This document shows, in pieces, positions 1-8,466 of a DNA stretch of 64,000 bases (position 1 is its first letter; each line of letters starts with the position of its first letter). Both the position numbers and the translations under genes were made by a program. Source of the DNA: an uncultured Candidatus Actinomarina sp. (GTDB lineage Bacteria > Actinomycetota > Acidimicrobiia > Actinomarinales > Actinomarinaceae); the NCBI GenBank assembly GCA_902566515.1, contig CACFIX010000005.1, forward strand, positions 318-64,317, given 5' to 3'. The notes beneath the pieces were generated by a model. That model saw only the letters and a list, made by a program, of their open reading frames with translations, searched no databases and was not told where the DNA came from.

Positions 1-338
1 AAACATGGGCACACAGTTTAGATGTTTATGATGCAATGAAAAAAGATTATGAAGACACCGTACGAGTTGAACATGTAGCTCTTTTTGGATGGTTAAATGC
101 AGAACAAGCAACTAAAGTCAATAAAACTAAATATCAAGATCTAAGAATAGAACTAATCGGACCTGAATACAAAGCTTGGCAATTTGGAGACGAGCAAAGT
201 GAAAACAGTATAAAAGGAAATGCAAGTGACTGGTGTAGGGTTGTCACTGGTAGAGTCCCTAAAGGTCATAAACTTACACTTTCAACTGAAGGTGACTTTG
301 CCAAAAAATTCATTAAATTTAATCACGTAAAAATATAA
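1..338 (+). CDS. 3' part of a DinB/MDMPI-like (mycothiol maleylpyruvate isomerase family) protein; the 5' end lies outside the window
   Basis: The frame of ORF 36..338 stays open back to nt 3 (..TWAHSLDVYDAMKK..), so the gene is truncated by the window edge. The C-terminal '..GNASDWCRVVTGR' resembles the MDMPI C-terminal domain. This is a weak, memory-based similarity. Confidence 0.35.
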   Translation, partial: TWAHSLDVYDAMKKDYEDTVRVEHVALFGWLNAEQATKVNKTKYQDLRIELIGPEYKAWQFGDEQSENSIKGNASDWCRVVTGRVPKGHKLTLSTEGDFAKKFIKFNHVKI

Positions 339-1099
339 TGAAAGTTTATGGGGTAGTTCACTTAAAAAGTCTTCCTGGCTCTCCTTCTAATAGACTTTCT
401 ATTGATGAAATTATTGACGCTGCTCAAGAGGATGTAAATAGCCTGGTTTATGGTGGTGTTGATGGAATCATAATTGAAAATTTTGGAGACACTCCTTTTG
501 TAAAAAATGATATTTCTAAACGTACGCTTGCTAGTTTTACTACAGTTGTAGAAAATTTATCGATAGAACGAGATATCAAAGTTGGAATAAATGTTTTAAG
601 AAATGACGGTATTGCAGCTCTTGCAATTGCCGAAGCTACTAAATCTCAGTTTGTAAGAATCAATGTTTTAAATAACACTATGTTCACCGATCAGGGTGTA
701 ATAGAAGGTGATGCTCATGGTGTTAATCGGTTTAAATCAAGCCTCAATAGTTATGTAGAAATTTATGCTGATGTATTTGTTAAACATGCCGTACCCCCTC
801 CTGGTTCAAAAATTGAAAACCATGCAGAAGAATTGATTCATAGAGCTGGTGCGGATGTAGTAATTGTGACTGGAGACGGTACTGGTCACGAAATAAATAT
901 TGAAGATTTACAAAAAGTAAGAGATATCGTTCCAACAGGAAAATTAGCAATTGGATCTGGAGTAACCTCAACAAATGTCGACGCTTATTTAGATTTAGCA
1001 GACATACTAATTGTTGGTACTAGTTTTAAAGTTGATAATGATGTTGCTAAAAGGGTTGACATCAATAGAGTTGAAGAGTTAGTAAGAAAAATAAAATAA
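338..1099 (+). CDS. BtpA/SgcQ-family TIM-barrel protein
   Basis: 253 aa. The N-terminus 'VYGVVHLKSLPGSP...' and 'GVDGIIIENFGDTPF' are typical of the BtpA family. ATG overlaps the upstream stop (TAATG). Confidence 0.7.
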   Translation: MKVYGVVHLKSLPGSPSNRLSIDEIIDAAQEDVNSLVYGGVDGIIIENFGDTPFVKNDISKRTLASFTTVVENLSIERDIKVGINVLRNDGIAALAIAEATKSQFVRINVLNNTMFTDQGVIEGDAHGVNRFKSSLNSYVEIYADVFVKHAVPPPGSKIENHAEELIHRAGADVVIVTGDGTGHEINIEDLQKVRDIVPTGKLAIGSGVTSTNVDAYLDLADILIVGTSFKVDNDVAKRVDINRVEELVRKIK

Positions 1100-1149
1100 T
1101 TTTTATTACTACAATACAAATCTATTACCTAACTATCATTTTTATTTGA

Positions 1150-2088
1150 ATGGAAGCCATACTTAATCCAGCACTATTATTGTTCGTTTCAGGAATATTG
1201 ATTGGAACTATATTTAAATTAATCCTTCCCAACTCTATTTCTAGATACTTGGGATATTATTTACTACTTTCACTAGGGCTTAAAGGTGGTTCAAGCCTTC
1301 AAGAAAATGGATTTATAAATGAAGTTATAAGTGCACTAACACTTGGAGTGGTATTTGCCCTTTTAATTCCAGTTATTGCTTATTTTTATCTTAAAAATTT
1401 ACTCAATAACGACGATGCATCCGCACTCTCTGGAACTTATGGATCAGTAAGTGCAGTTACATTTGTGACAGCTATTTCATATCTTACGACTACTAATCAA
1501 AACTTTGATAACTATATGTCTGCTGTTTTAGTTGTAATGGAGTTTCCAGCAATATTTATGGCACTCTATTTAGTTAATCAAAACAAACAAAATAAAAGTA
1601 ATAATCTGGAAAATATAAAGACAGCATTTTTAGAAATACCAAATATTATTTTGATCTCATCGTTGTTTGTAGGATATTTTGTCAATCAAACACTTTTATC
1701 TAATTTAGACTTCATAATTGTTGAAATATTTGATTACATTTTATACGTGTTTTTATTTGTTATGGGAACTAGGGTTGCAAAAAGAATTGGAGAACTTAAA
1801 GGCAAAGGAGCCAGTCTAATTGCTTTTGCTTTATGGACTCCATTGATTGGTTCATTTATTGCTTTATTAGCATCTATAAACTTCAATTTTTCTGTGGGCA
1901 ACGCTACATTACTGATGGTGTTAACAGCAAGCGCAAGCTATATTGCAGTACCAGCAGTTGTAAAAGACGCTATACCAAATGCAAATCCTGCTATTTACCT
2001 AGGACTAAGTTTGGGCGTCACATTTCCATTCAATATCATTTTTGGAATACCTTTATATAACGAACTAGCTAAATACTTTATTGGCTAA
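1150..2088 (+). CDS. SbtA-like (sodium-dependent bicarbonate transporter superfamily) permease
   Basis: 312 aa, polytopic. 'LLLFVSGILIG', 'LLLSLGLKGG', 'DASALSGTYGSVSAVTF' and 'VMEFPAI' follow the pattern of cyanobacterial SbtA and the DUF897 family. Confidence 0.55.
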   Translation: MEAILNPALLLFVSGILIGTIFKLILPNSISRYLGYYLLLSLGLKGGSSLQENGFINEVISALTLGVVFALLIPVIAYFYLKNLLNNDDASALSGTYGSVSAVTFVTAISYLTTTNQNFDNYMSAVLVVMEFPAIFMALYLVNQNKQNKSNNLENIKTAFLEIPNIILISSLFVGYFVNQTLLSNLDFIIVEIFDYILYVFLFVMGTRVAKRIGELKGKGASLIAFALWTPLIGSFIALLASINFNFSVGNATLLMVLTASASYIAVPAVVKDAIPNANPAIYLGLSLGVTFPFNIIFGIPLYNELAKYFIG

Positions 2089-2796
2089 TTAGAGAAGGAA
2101 GCCCCCATCAATAGTTACGACTTCACCTGTAATCCATGATGCATCATCACTTGATAGAAAATAAATCAGACTTGCAATATCTTCAGGTTCTCCTAGTTTT
2201 TTAAGAGCGTGGAGATCAGCGCTTCCCTCCTCATTGCCTGCCCAAAGCATTTCTGATAACTTAGTTTTTACTACTGCTGGAGCTATACCATTTACCCGTA
2301 TATCAGGAGCAAGTTCCATTGCTAATTGTTTTGTCATATAAATTAATCCAGCTTTTGAGATATTATAAGCACCCATGTAGTGCGATGGTTTTATTCCTCC
2401 AACAGAACATACATTTAATACTGACTCCTTTAATCCTGCTTTTACTGCTTCTCTTGTCCACATCAAAGGTCCCATTAAATTTACATCCCATGTTTTTTGG
2501 ACGGCTGATAAATCAACATCAAGCAAGCTTCCTCCAGAAGGATTTGTACCAGCATTGTTAATTAAAACATCTAAAGACCCTGTTTCATCCACGATTTTTT
2601 TGCAAGTTTCAGTTGCGGCTGCAAGGTCATCTGCCCTGGCAACAAAACCCTTTAATTGTGAATTATCAGCAAGTATCGCCTCTAGATTCTCATCTTTTCT
2701 AGATGTGATATATACATTCCATCCTTGATCAATGAATTTTTGAGCTGTGGAAAGTCCTATACCTCTTGTTCCACCGGTTACTAGTGCAGTTTTCAT
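2089..2796 (-). CDS. Short-chain dehydrogenase/reductase (FabG-like)
   Basis: Has 'TALVTGGTRGIG' (Rossmann), 'NNAG' and 'YNISKAG' (YxxxK). I place the start at the internal Met (MKTALVTGG) rather than the longest ORF (2826). This leaves a 52-nt divergent promoter region. Confidence 0.85.
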   Translation of the reverse strand: MKTALVTGGTRGIGLSTAQKFIDQGWNVYITSRKDENLEAILADNSQLKGFVARADDLAAATETCKKIVDETGSLDVLINNAGTNPSGGSLLDVDLSAVQKTWDVNLMGPLMWTREAVKAGLKESVLNVCSVGGIKPSHYMGAYNISKAGLIYMTKQLAMELAPDIRVNGIAPAVVKTKLSEMLWAGNEEGSADLHALKKLGEPEDIASLIYFLSSDDASWITGEVVTIDGGFLL

Positions 2797-2848
2797 TATT
2801 GTTAAAGTATAGTAGTTATTCCTCATTTCAGTTACAGTTGAACTGCAA

Positions 2849-4081
2849 ATGGAAAATTTTCAAAAATATAGTGTATTGCTAACGCAAAATCAAAACTTTC
2901 GTAAACTTTTTGCTGCTCGTTTAATCACACTAGGTGGTGACTGGTTATTAACAGTACCTCTATTAGGTATAATTTATGAGTTAACTGAGAATCCCTTAAT
3001 TACTTCTCTTGTATTAGTCGTTCAGAGTGCACCGTTATTTATGCTTGGAAGCTTTGGTGGTTACTTAGCAGATAGATTTGATAGAAAAAAAATAATTGCT
3101 ATTTCAGAGTTCTTATCAGGTATGACTGTGTTGTTAATTCTTTATGCAGTCACAACTGAAAATGTAGCATTTATTTTATTTTCATTTGGATTACTTTCCG
3201 TTGTAGGTTCTCCATACATGCCTACTTCCGATGCAGCTTTACCAAATGTAGTAAAGAAAGAAAATTTAGCTGAAGCAAATGTTATATTTTTTTCTAGTTG
3301 GGGTGTTATGGCTGGTTTAGGCGCAGGTCTAGGCGGATACTTAACAACAGTAATCAGTAGAAATATGTTATTTGCAATCGATAGCCTAACCTTTGTTCTT
3401 TCAGCTTTAATAGTCTTCTCAATAAACAAAAATTTGAGCGAAAAATCTCAAAATAAAAATCAAGAAGAAGATATAAGTTATAAAGAAGGCCTTAAATATG
3501 CTGCATCAAAGAGAGAAATTTTTTCCTTAATTATTACAAAAGCAACATTTAGTATCTCAGCTAGCGGTCTACTATCTTTATTTACTGTTCTTTCATATGA
3601 TATATATAAAACTGGTGACTTTGGCACAGGTCTTATGTTCGGTGCAAGAGGCGTTGGTGCGCTGATTGGTCCAATTGCGATTAGATATTTTTTTGGAAGC
3701 ACAGATGGAAAACTATTGAACACAATCGGTATAACTATCATGGCCTGGGGTTTGTTTTATTTCTTTATACCATTCTCAATATCTTTATACCTAACAGTGT
3801 TGTTATTAATCCTTGGACACTCCGGTGGTGGATCTCAATGGGCATTTTCTACATATGGATTACAAGTACTCACGCCAGATAGGCTCAGGGGAAGAATTGC
3901 TGGGATTGATTATTCACTTTATTTTCTAATGAATACAATTTCAACACTAATGATTGGATACCTTGCAACTGTATATGGCGTACTTTTTGTCTTTAAACTT
4001 TTTCCAGTGATAGGATTTTTATTTGGATTTGTCTGGTATCTTTCCACAAGAAATATCTGGAAAAATTTAGATAAATCATAA
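2849..4081 (+). CDS. MFS transporter (EntS/MFS_3-like)
   Basis: 410 aa with about 12 predicted TM segments. N-terminal 'FRKLFAARLITLGGDWL' and 'GGYLADRFDRKK' (loop 2-3 motif). Confidence 0.8.
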   Translation: MENFQKYSVLLTQNQNFRKLFAARLITLGGDWLLTVPLLGIIYELTENPLITSLVLVVQSAPLFMLGSFGGYLADRFDRKKIIAISEFLSGMTVLLILYAVTTENVAFILFSFGLLSVVGSPYMPTSDAALPNVVKKENLAEANVIFFSSWGVMAGLGAGLGGYLTTVISRNMLFAIDSLTFVLSALIVFSINKNLSEKSQNKNQEEDISYKEGLKYAASKREIFSLIITKATFSISASGLLSLFTVLSYDIYKTGDFGTGLMFGARGVGALIGPIAIRYFFGSTDGKLLNTIGITIMAWGLFYFFIPFSISLYLTVLLLILGHSGGGSQWAFSTYGLQVLTPDRLRGRIAGIDYSLYFLMNTISTLMIGYLATVYGVLFVFKLFPVIGFLFGFVWYLSTRNIWKNLDKS

Positions 4082-4090
4082 ATAAATTCA

Positions 4091-4954
4091 TCAAATAGAA
4101 AAAAGATTTTTTCCTTCAAATTTTTTTGTACCATTTAAATAACTAAAGTACTTTCTGCATTCACAAGATTGATACTCTATGTCAATAGGATAAAACTCTC
4201 TTTTTGCTTCAGGCCAATACTCTCTTTGAAGTTCAATCATTTTATGACCTACATCTTGATGGCTATTTAAATTGAGAAAATTTTGGAGCCTGTCTAGATA
4301 TGGTTCAGCACCAATACCAGTGGGAACATCAGTTGTGATTGGTATAACATCTTCTCTAAACCAGGCAATATCTATCAAAGCCATAAATATTGGAAAGTCA
4401 TTATTCATCTTAAATTGCTTATTTACATTGTTTGTAGCAGTAATGACATTTCTATTAGAATTTAAAATTATTTCAGTTAATTCTTCTTTTTTTTCATAAA
4501 ATTTGTATGTGGCTGCATCTATTCGACTATATAAATTTTCATTCCAATAAGAATCTTCCACTGGATATGCTGTGTAATTCTCCCACTGCTCTAAACCAAG
4601 AAGTTTCTCTTTTAAGGCTTCTAGATTTCCTAAATCATTTATCGTTAACTGATCAATGGTTAAATCTCTGTTGCACCACCTACTAAAAAATAAAGATTGG
4701 ATTAACAAAGGTAGGTCTTCTTTTGCTGGTTCAGCAAATTTAATAATGGATTTACTTACTTTGTCATCCTCTCTAAAAACATTCAAAAAACGACCTTTTT
4801 GTAAAATTGGATCATCACTCCAGGGATATGCTTCTCCTGACTCTCTTTTTATACGTACTTCTTCACGTTTCTTGCAATAATCAAAAAAGCTTTGTACTGG
4901 GTCTTCTATTTCAAGACCATTTAGTGAGTGTGCATATGGATTCTCTAAAACCAT
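4091..4954 (-). CDS. Standalone aGPT-pyrophosphorylase / 5-hmdU-DNA-kinase helical-domain family protein (putative DNA base hypermodification protein)
   Basis: 287 aa. Family signature blocks are present: 'YPWSDDPILQKGRFLNVFREDDKVS', 'FFSRWCNRDLT', 'FMALIDIAWF', 'TGIGAEPYL' and 'YQSCECRKYFSY'. These correspond to PWT.DPIL..x.FTNVxREDDRVT ... LCExxKY. Recognised from memory only. Confidence 0.5.
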   Translation of the reverse strand: MVLENPYAHSLNGLEIEDPVQSFFDYCKKREEVRIKRESGEAYPWSDDPILQKGRFLNVFREDDKVSKSIIKFAEPAKEDLPLLIQSLFFSRWCNRDLTIDQLTINDLGNLEALKEKLLGLEQWENYTAYPVEDSYWNENLYSRIDAATYKFYEKKEELTEIILNSNRNVITATNNVNKQFKMNNDFPIFMALIDIAWFREDVIPITTDVPTGIGAEPYLDRLQNFLNLNSHQDVGHKMIELQREYWPEAKREFYPIDIEYQSCECRKYFSYLNGTKKFEGKNLFSI

Positions 4955-4988
4955 AACATTAATTTAAACAGATTACTTCATACTTTTC

Positions 4989-6254
4989 TTACTTCACAAC
5001 TGGTATTTGAAGCATATTTGTTGTGTAAGCAGCAGACTTCCTTTCCGACTTCATTCTCCAATCTTTTTTTATACCCTGTGCTCCCAGTATTAGTGTGCTT
5101 GATCCATACTTGCTATTAACGCCGTCCAGTACCTCCATGACACGGTCTGATTGATCGTAGTTCTCATATTCGTAAAAACTGTACTGTTCGTTCTCTGCGT
5201 CAGTGATGTCTAGCAGCATTACACCTATTTTCTGGTACTCATATCCGTACACAAAGAGTTTTCGCGTTAAATGTTTTGCCTCTTTGACAATCTTTGATGT
5301 GTTACTTGTTGGTATTGAAAAAAATGTACTCATACCGTTGCTGTATCTTTTTTCTGGATCCACAAATGGACTAGTTCTTAAAAATACATACAAGCCTTGT
5401 GCTCTAGAACCCTGCGCTCTCAGCTTCTCACACGCTCTAGCAACATAGTTAGAAACAGCTTCCTCTAACTCACTTACTAGCATTACTTTTCTACCAAATG
5501 ACTTAGAAGATATGATATTTTTCTTATTCTTCACCTCTTCTATACCAACACAAGAAATCCCATTTAGCTCATGATGTATCCTCTCCCCTACAATGCTGAT
5601 TGTTTTTCTAACATGACGAGCATTTGCCTGCGTTAAATCATAAGCAGTGTCTACTCCAATTTTTCGAAGCCTTCTTCCCCATCTTGTCGAGATTCCCCAT
5701 ATCTCTTCAAGTGGTAGATCTTTTAAAATCTCATCTCTTACGCTCTGATCTCTTATATCGAAGACATTAGATGTTGTGTATTTTTTAGCTTGTCTGTTTG
5801 CTACTTTTGCCAATGTCTTTGTTGGGCCTATACCTATAGAAACTGGAATCCCTGTCCACTGTTTAATTAATCTTCGTATCTCTTGAGCCGTCTCTTCTAA
5901 ATCACAGTAGTAAAAGCTACTGATATCGAGAAACGCTTCATCAATAGAGTAAATCTCTATATCGCTTACAAGAGATTTCAGTGAAGTCATCACTCTGGCC
6001 GACATATCACCATAAAAAGTGTAGTTTGATGAAAATACATGAACTTTGTTTCTATTGATAAGTTGTTTGTATTTAAAGTATGGGGCTCCCATCGGTATGC
6101 CTAAAGCTTTTGCTTCATTTGATCTAGCAACAACACATCCATCATTGTTAGACAAAACAACAATGGGCTTTCCTTCTAGCTTTGGATTGAATACTCTCTC
6201 ACAAGATGCATAAAAGTTATTACAGTCCACTAGGGCAAAAATTTTATTATTCAC
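4989..6254 (-). CDS. umuC: Y-family DNA polymerase, UmuC-like (Pol V catalytic subunit)
   Basis: 421 aa. '[48 protein letters not shown]' is the canonical UmuC N-terminus. GTG start preceded by AAGGAG. Confidence 0.9.
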   Translation of the reverse strand: MNNKIFALVDCNNFYASCERVFNPKLEGKPIVVLSNNDGCVVARSNEAKALGIPMGAPYFKYKQLINRNKVHVFSSNYTFYGDMSARVMTSLKSLVSDIEIYSIDEAFLDISSFYYCDLEETAQEIRRLIKQWTGIPVSIGIGPTKTLAKVANRQAKKYTTSNVFDIRDQSVRDEILKDLPLEEIWGISTRWGRRLRKIGVDTAYDLTQANARHVRKTISIVGERIHHELNGISCVGIEEVKNKKNIISSKSFGRKVMLVSELEEAVSNYVARACEKLRAQGSRAQGLYVFLRTSPFVDPEKRYSNGMSTFFSIPTSNTSKIVKEAKHLTRKLFVYGYEYQKIGVMLLDITDAENEQYSFYEYENYDQSDRVMEVLDGVNSKYGSSTLILGAQGIKKDWRMKSERKSAAYTTNMLQIPVVK

Positions 6255-6268
6255 TTACTTACTCCTTT

Positions 6269-6286
6269 GAATACTGTACAATATTC
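6269..6286. promoter_or_regulatory. Candidate operator: 18-bp imperfect palindrome GAATACTGTACAATATTC in the 55-nt umuC/umuD divergent region
   Basis: 16 of 18 positions are self-complementary. It overlaps a TACAAT -10-like hexamer and lies between the umuC RBS and the umuD-like start. It contains a CTGT half-site like gamma-proteobacterial SOS boxes. Confidence 0.45.
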
Positions 6287-6309
6287 TAAGAAAAAAGAAA
6301 GACATTTTT

Positions 6310-6825
6310 ATGCCACGAGGTGGAGCAAGAAAAGGAGCCGGTAGACCAAAAGGTCAAGGCAAGTATGGAGAACAGACAAAAGCTGTACGTATTCCTGTAA
6401 GTAAGGTTAAGTATATCTCTGAGGTCATCAATAAAGGACTATATGAAGTACCAATGTATAGTAATAAAGTTGCAGCTGGGTTCCCATCCCCTGCAGACGA
6501 TTATTTAGAAGACAAAATAGATTTAAATCAATATTTAATAAAGCATCCTGCATCAACATTTTTAGTAAGAGCATCTGGAGAGTCCATGATTAATGCTGGT
6601 ATATTTCCAGACGATATCTTAGTAGTAGACAGAAGCTTAAAAGCTGAAGATGGAAAAGTAGTTATTGCTGTCGTAGACAATGAGCTGACTGTAAAAAGAT
6701 ATCGTAAAAAAGGCAAAAGCATAATTTTAGAGCCGGAAAATAACGCGTTTGATCCAATTGTTATTCCTCGTGAAAGTGAAGCTTTCGTTTGGGGAATCGT
6801 TACAAATGTCATCCATAACTTATAA
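6310..6825 (+). CDS. umuD: UmuD-like / LexA-family S24 self-cleaving peptidase with a basic N-terminal extension
   Basis: 171 aa. Ala-Gly cleavage site in 'NKVAAGFPSP', catalytic Ser in 'SGESM', and Lys in 'TVKRYRKKG'. The N-terminus is 'MPRGGARKGAGRPKG'. Confidence 0.85.
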   Translation: MPRGGARKGAGRPKGQGKYGEQTKAVRIPVSKVKYISEVINKGLYEVPMYSNKVAAGFPSPADDYLEDKIDLNQYLIKHPASTFLVRASGESMINAGIFPDDILVVDRSLKAEDGKVVIAVVDNELTVKRYRKKGKSIILEPENNAFDPIVIPRESEAFVWGIVTNVIHNL

Positions 6826-6873
6826 ACTTCAAAATAAAGCTGAATGGACCAACGATAAATTGTAAAATAATGG

Positions 6874-7773
6874 TTGATGAAAATATTAAAAACAAATTTA
6901 GAAGATTTTAAAAATATTGAAAACTGGGAGTATAAAGAGAACTTTCATACTGTTAATTCACTTCACGGTGATATAAATATTCACTATGTAGACGAAAATT
7001 CAGACAAGGATGAAACGATACTTTTAATGCACGGTAATCCTACCTGGGGTTATTTGTATAGAAATATGATTAACCCACTCAAAGACGAAGGATATAGGGT
7101 TGTAGTACCAGACTTACCAGGATTTGGAAAATCAGATAAATTTACTTCAAGGTATCACTATACATATGAAGAATTTGTTGATTGGATGTCTCAGTGGATT
7201 GAAGGAGTTAATCTAAAAAATGTGACATTATTTTGTCAAGACTGGGGTGGTTTGATTGGATTAAGGTTGGCAGCAAAATATGATGATAGATTTAATCGTA
7301 TAGTTGCAGCAAATACAGGATTGCCGACTGGTAAAGCACCACTAAATACCGGTTTTTTAATCTTTAAAGAATTTATGAATATTAAAGAAGACCTACATGT
7401 AGCTGGTCAAGTTAGAAATGGAACTAACGGTTTGGATCAAACAGCTCTAGATGCATACAATGCACCCTTTCCAGATGAAACTTACAAACAAGGTGTAAGG
7501 CAATTTCCTAATCTTGTTCCTTCATCACCCATGACTCCAAGTAGAAAGTTTAATGAAGAAGCTTGGGAAAAATTAAAGAAATGGGATAAACCTTTTTTAT
7601 GTGCTTTTAGCGATAATGATCCAATATTTTCAGGTGTAGAAAATTCATTTTTAAAACACATTCCAGGATGTGAAAATATGCCTCATGTAACAATAGAAAA
7701 TGCAGGACATTTTTTACAAGAAGATAATCCTGATGCATGTGTAAAAGCTATCTTGTCAATAATGGACTATTAA
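6874..7773 (+). CDS. Haloalkane dehalogenase-like alpha/beta hydrolase (DhlA-like)
   Basis: 299 aa. 'LLMHGNPTWGYLYR', nucleophile block 'CQDWGG' and C-terminal 'AGHFLQED'. The TTG at 6874 is immediately followed by ATG at 6877. Confidence 0.75.
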   Translation: MMKILKTNLEDFKNIENWEYKENFHTVNSLHGDINIHYVDENSDKDETILLMHGNPTWGYLYRNMINPLKDEGYRVVVPDLPGFGKSDKFTSRYHYTYEEFVDWMSQWIEGVNLKNVTLFCQDWGGLIGLRLAAKYDDRFNRIVAANTGLPTGKAPLNTGFLIFKEFMNIKEDLHVAGQVRNGTNGLDQTALDAYNAPFPDETYKQGVRQFPNLVPSSPMTPSRKFNEEAWEKLKKWDKPFLCAFSDNDPIFSGVENSFLKHIPGCENMPHVTIENAGHFLQEDNPDACVKAILSIMDY

Positions 7774-8462
7774 ACTGTAGCTTTTCCCCAATAGTTGTAT
7801 CCTAGAAATTTTTGTGTACCTGGTAAATAAATATTATTCATTTCTAATAAGTTAAATCCATTTCTAATTAATAATTCTTTGATATTTCTATTTGTATGGC
7901 ATCCACCAGCAATTTTTGGATAGAAAAAATCAGTAGAATTTTGTATAAATGAAACAGTTTTATCCGGAGATAGGCCATGTTCACTGAAAATAAAAACACC
8001 ATCCTTTTTTAAAACTCTTTTTATTTCCTGTAAAGTTTTATTGGGTTCAGGAATTGAGCATAAAGCATAAGTACTAACAACAGTATCAATTGATTCAGAA
8101 TCTACTGATAATTTACTTGCAGATTCTATTAAAAATTCAATATCTAATTCTTTTGAATCAGCTCTTTTCTTTGCAATAGTGTTCAACTCCTTTGAAGGAT
8201 CCACTCCAATAATTTTTGAAACTTTTTCATTGTCATAATGTTTTAAATTTATACCAGGTCCAATACCTATCTCAAGAACTTTACCTGTAGCGTCAGGAAT
8301 TATTTTTTTTCTTTGGTAATCAATTGGCCTTGAATTGCATGTAAAATTTATTAATTTAGGAAGTATATTTTTTTCGTAAAACGATTTATTTAGGAGTCGA
8401 ATTATTGGAAAAATAAAAAAAAGCAGTAAATTAGAAACAAATAAGTAAATATATTTCTTCAA
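7770..8462 (-). CDS. Class I SAM-dependent methyltransferase with an N-terminal TM segment
   Basis: 230 aa. Motif I 'VLEIGIGPGINL' and Methyltransf_11-like 'DTVVSTYALCSIPE'. Confidence 0.75.
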   Translation of the reverse strand: MKKYIYLFVSNLLLFFIFPIIRLLNKSFYEKNILPKLINFTCNSRPIDYQRKKIIPDATGKVLEIGIGPGINLKHYDNEKVSKIIGVDPSKELNTIAKKRADSKELDIEFLIESASKLSVDSESIDTVVSTYALCSIPEPNKTLQEIKRVLKKDGVFIFSEHGLSPDKTVSFIQNSTDFFYPKIAGGCHTNRNIKELLIRNGFNLLEMNNIYLPGTQKFLGYNYWGKATV

Positions 8463-8466
8463 TATA

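Noticed and set aside
1833-2060. 75-aa plus-strand ORF overlapping the 3' part of the SbtA-like permease in another frame
   Set aside because: It is same-strand and out of frame, inside a well-supported membrane-protein gene. The Cys/Lys/Arg-rich translation shows no features of a real overlapping gene.
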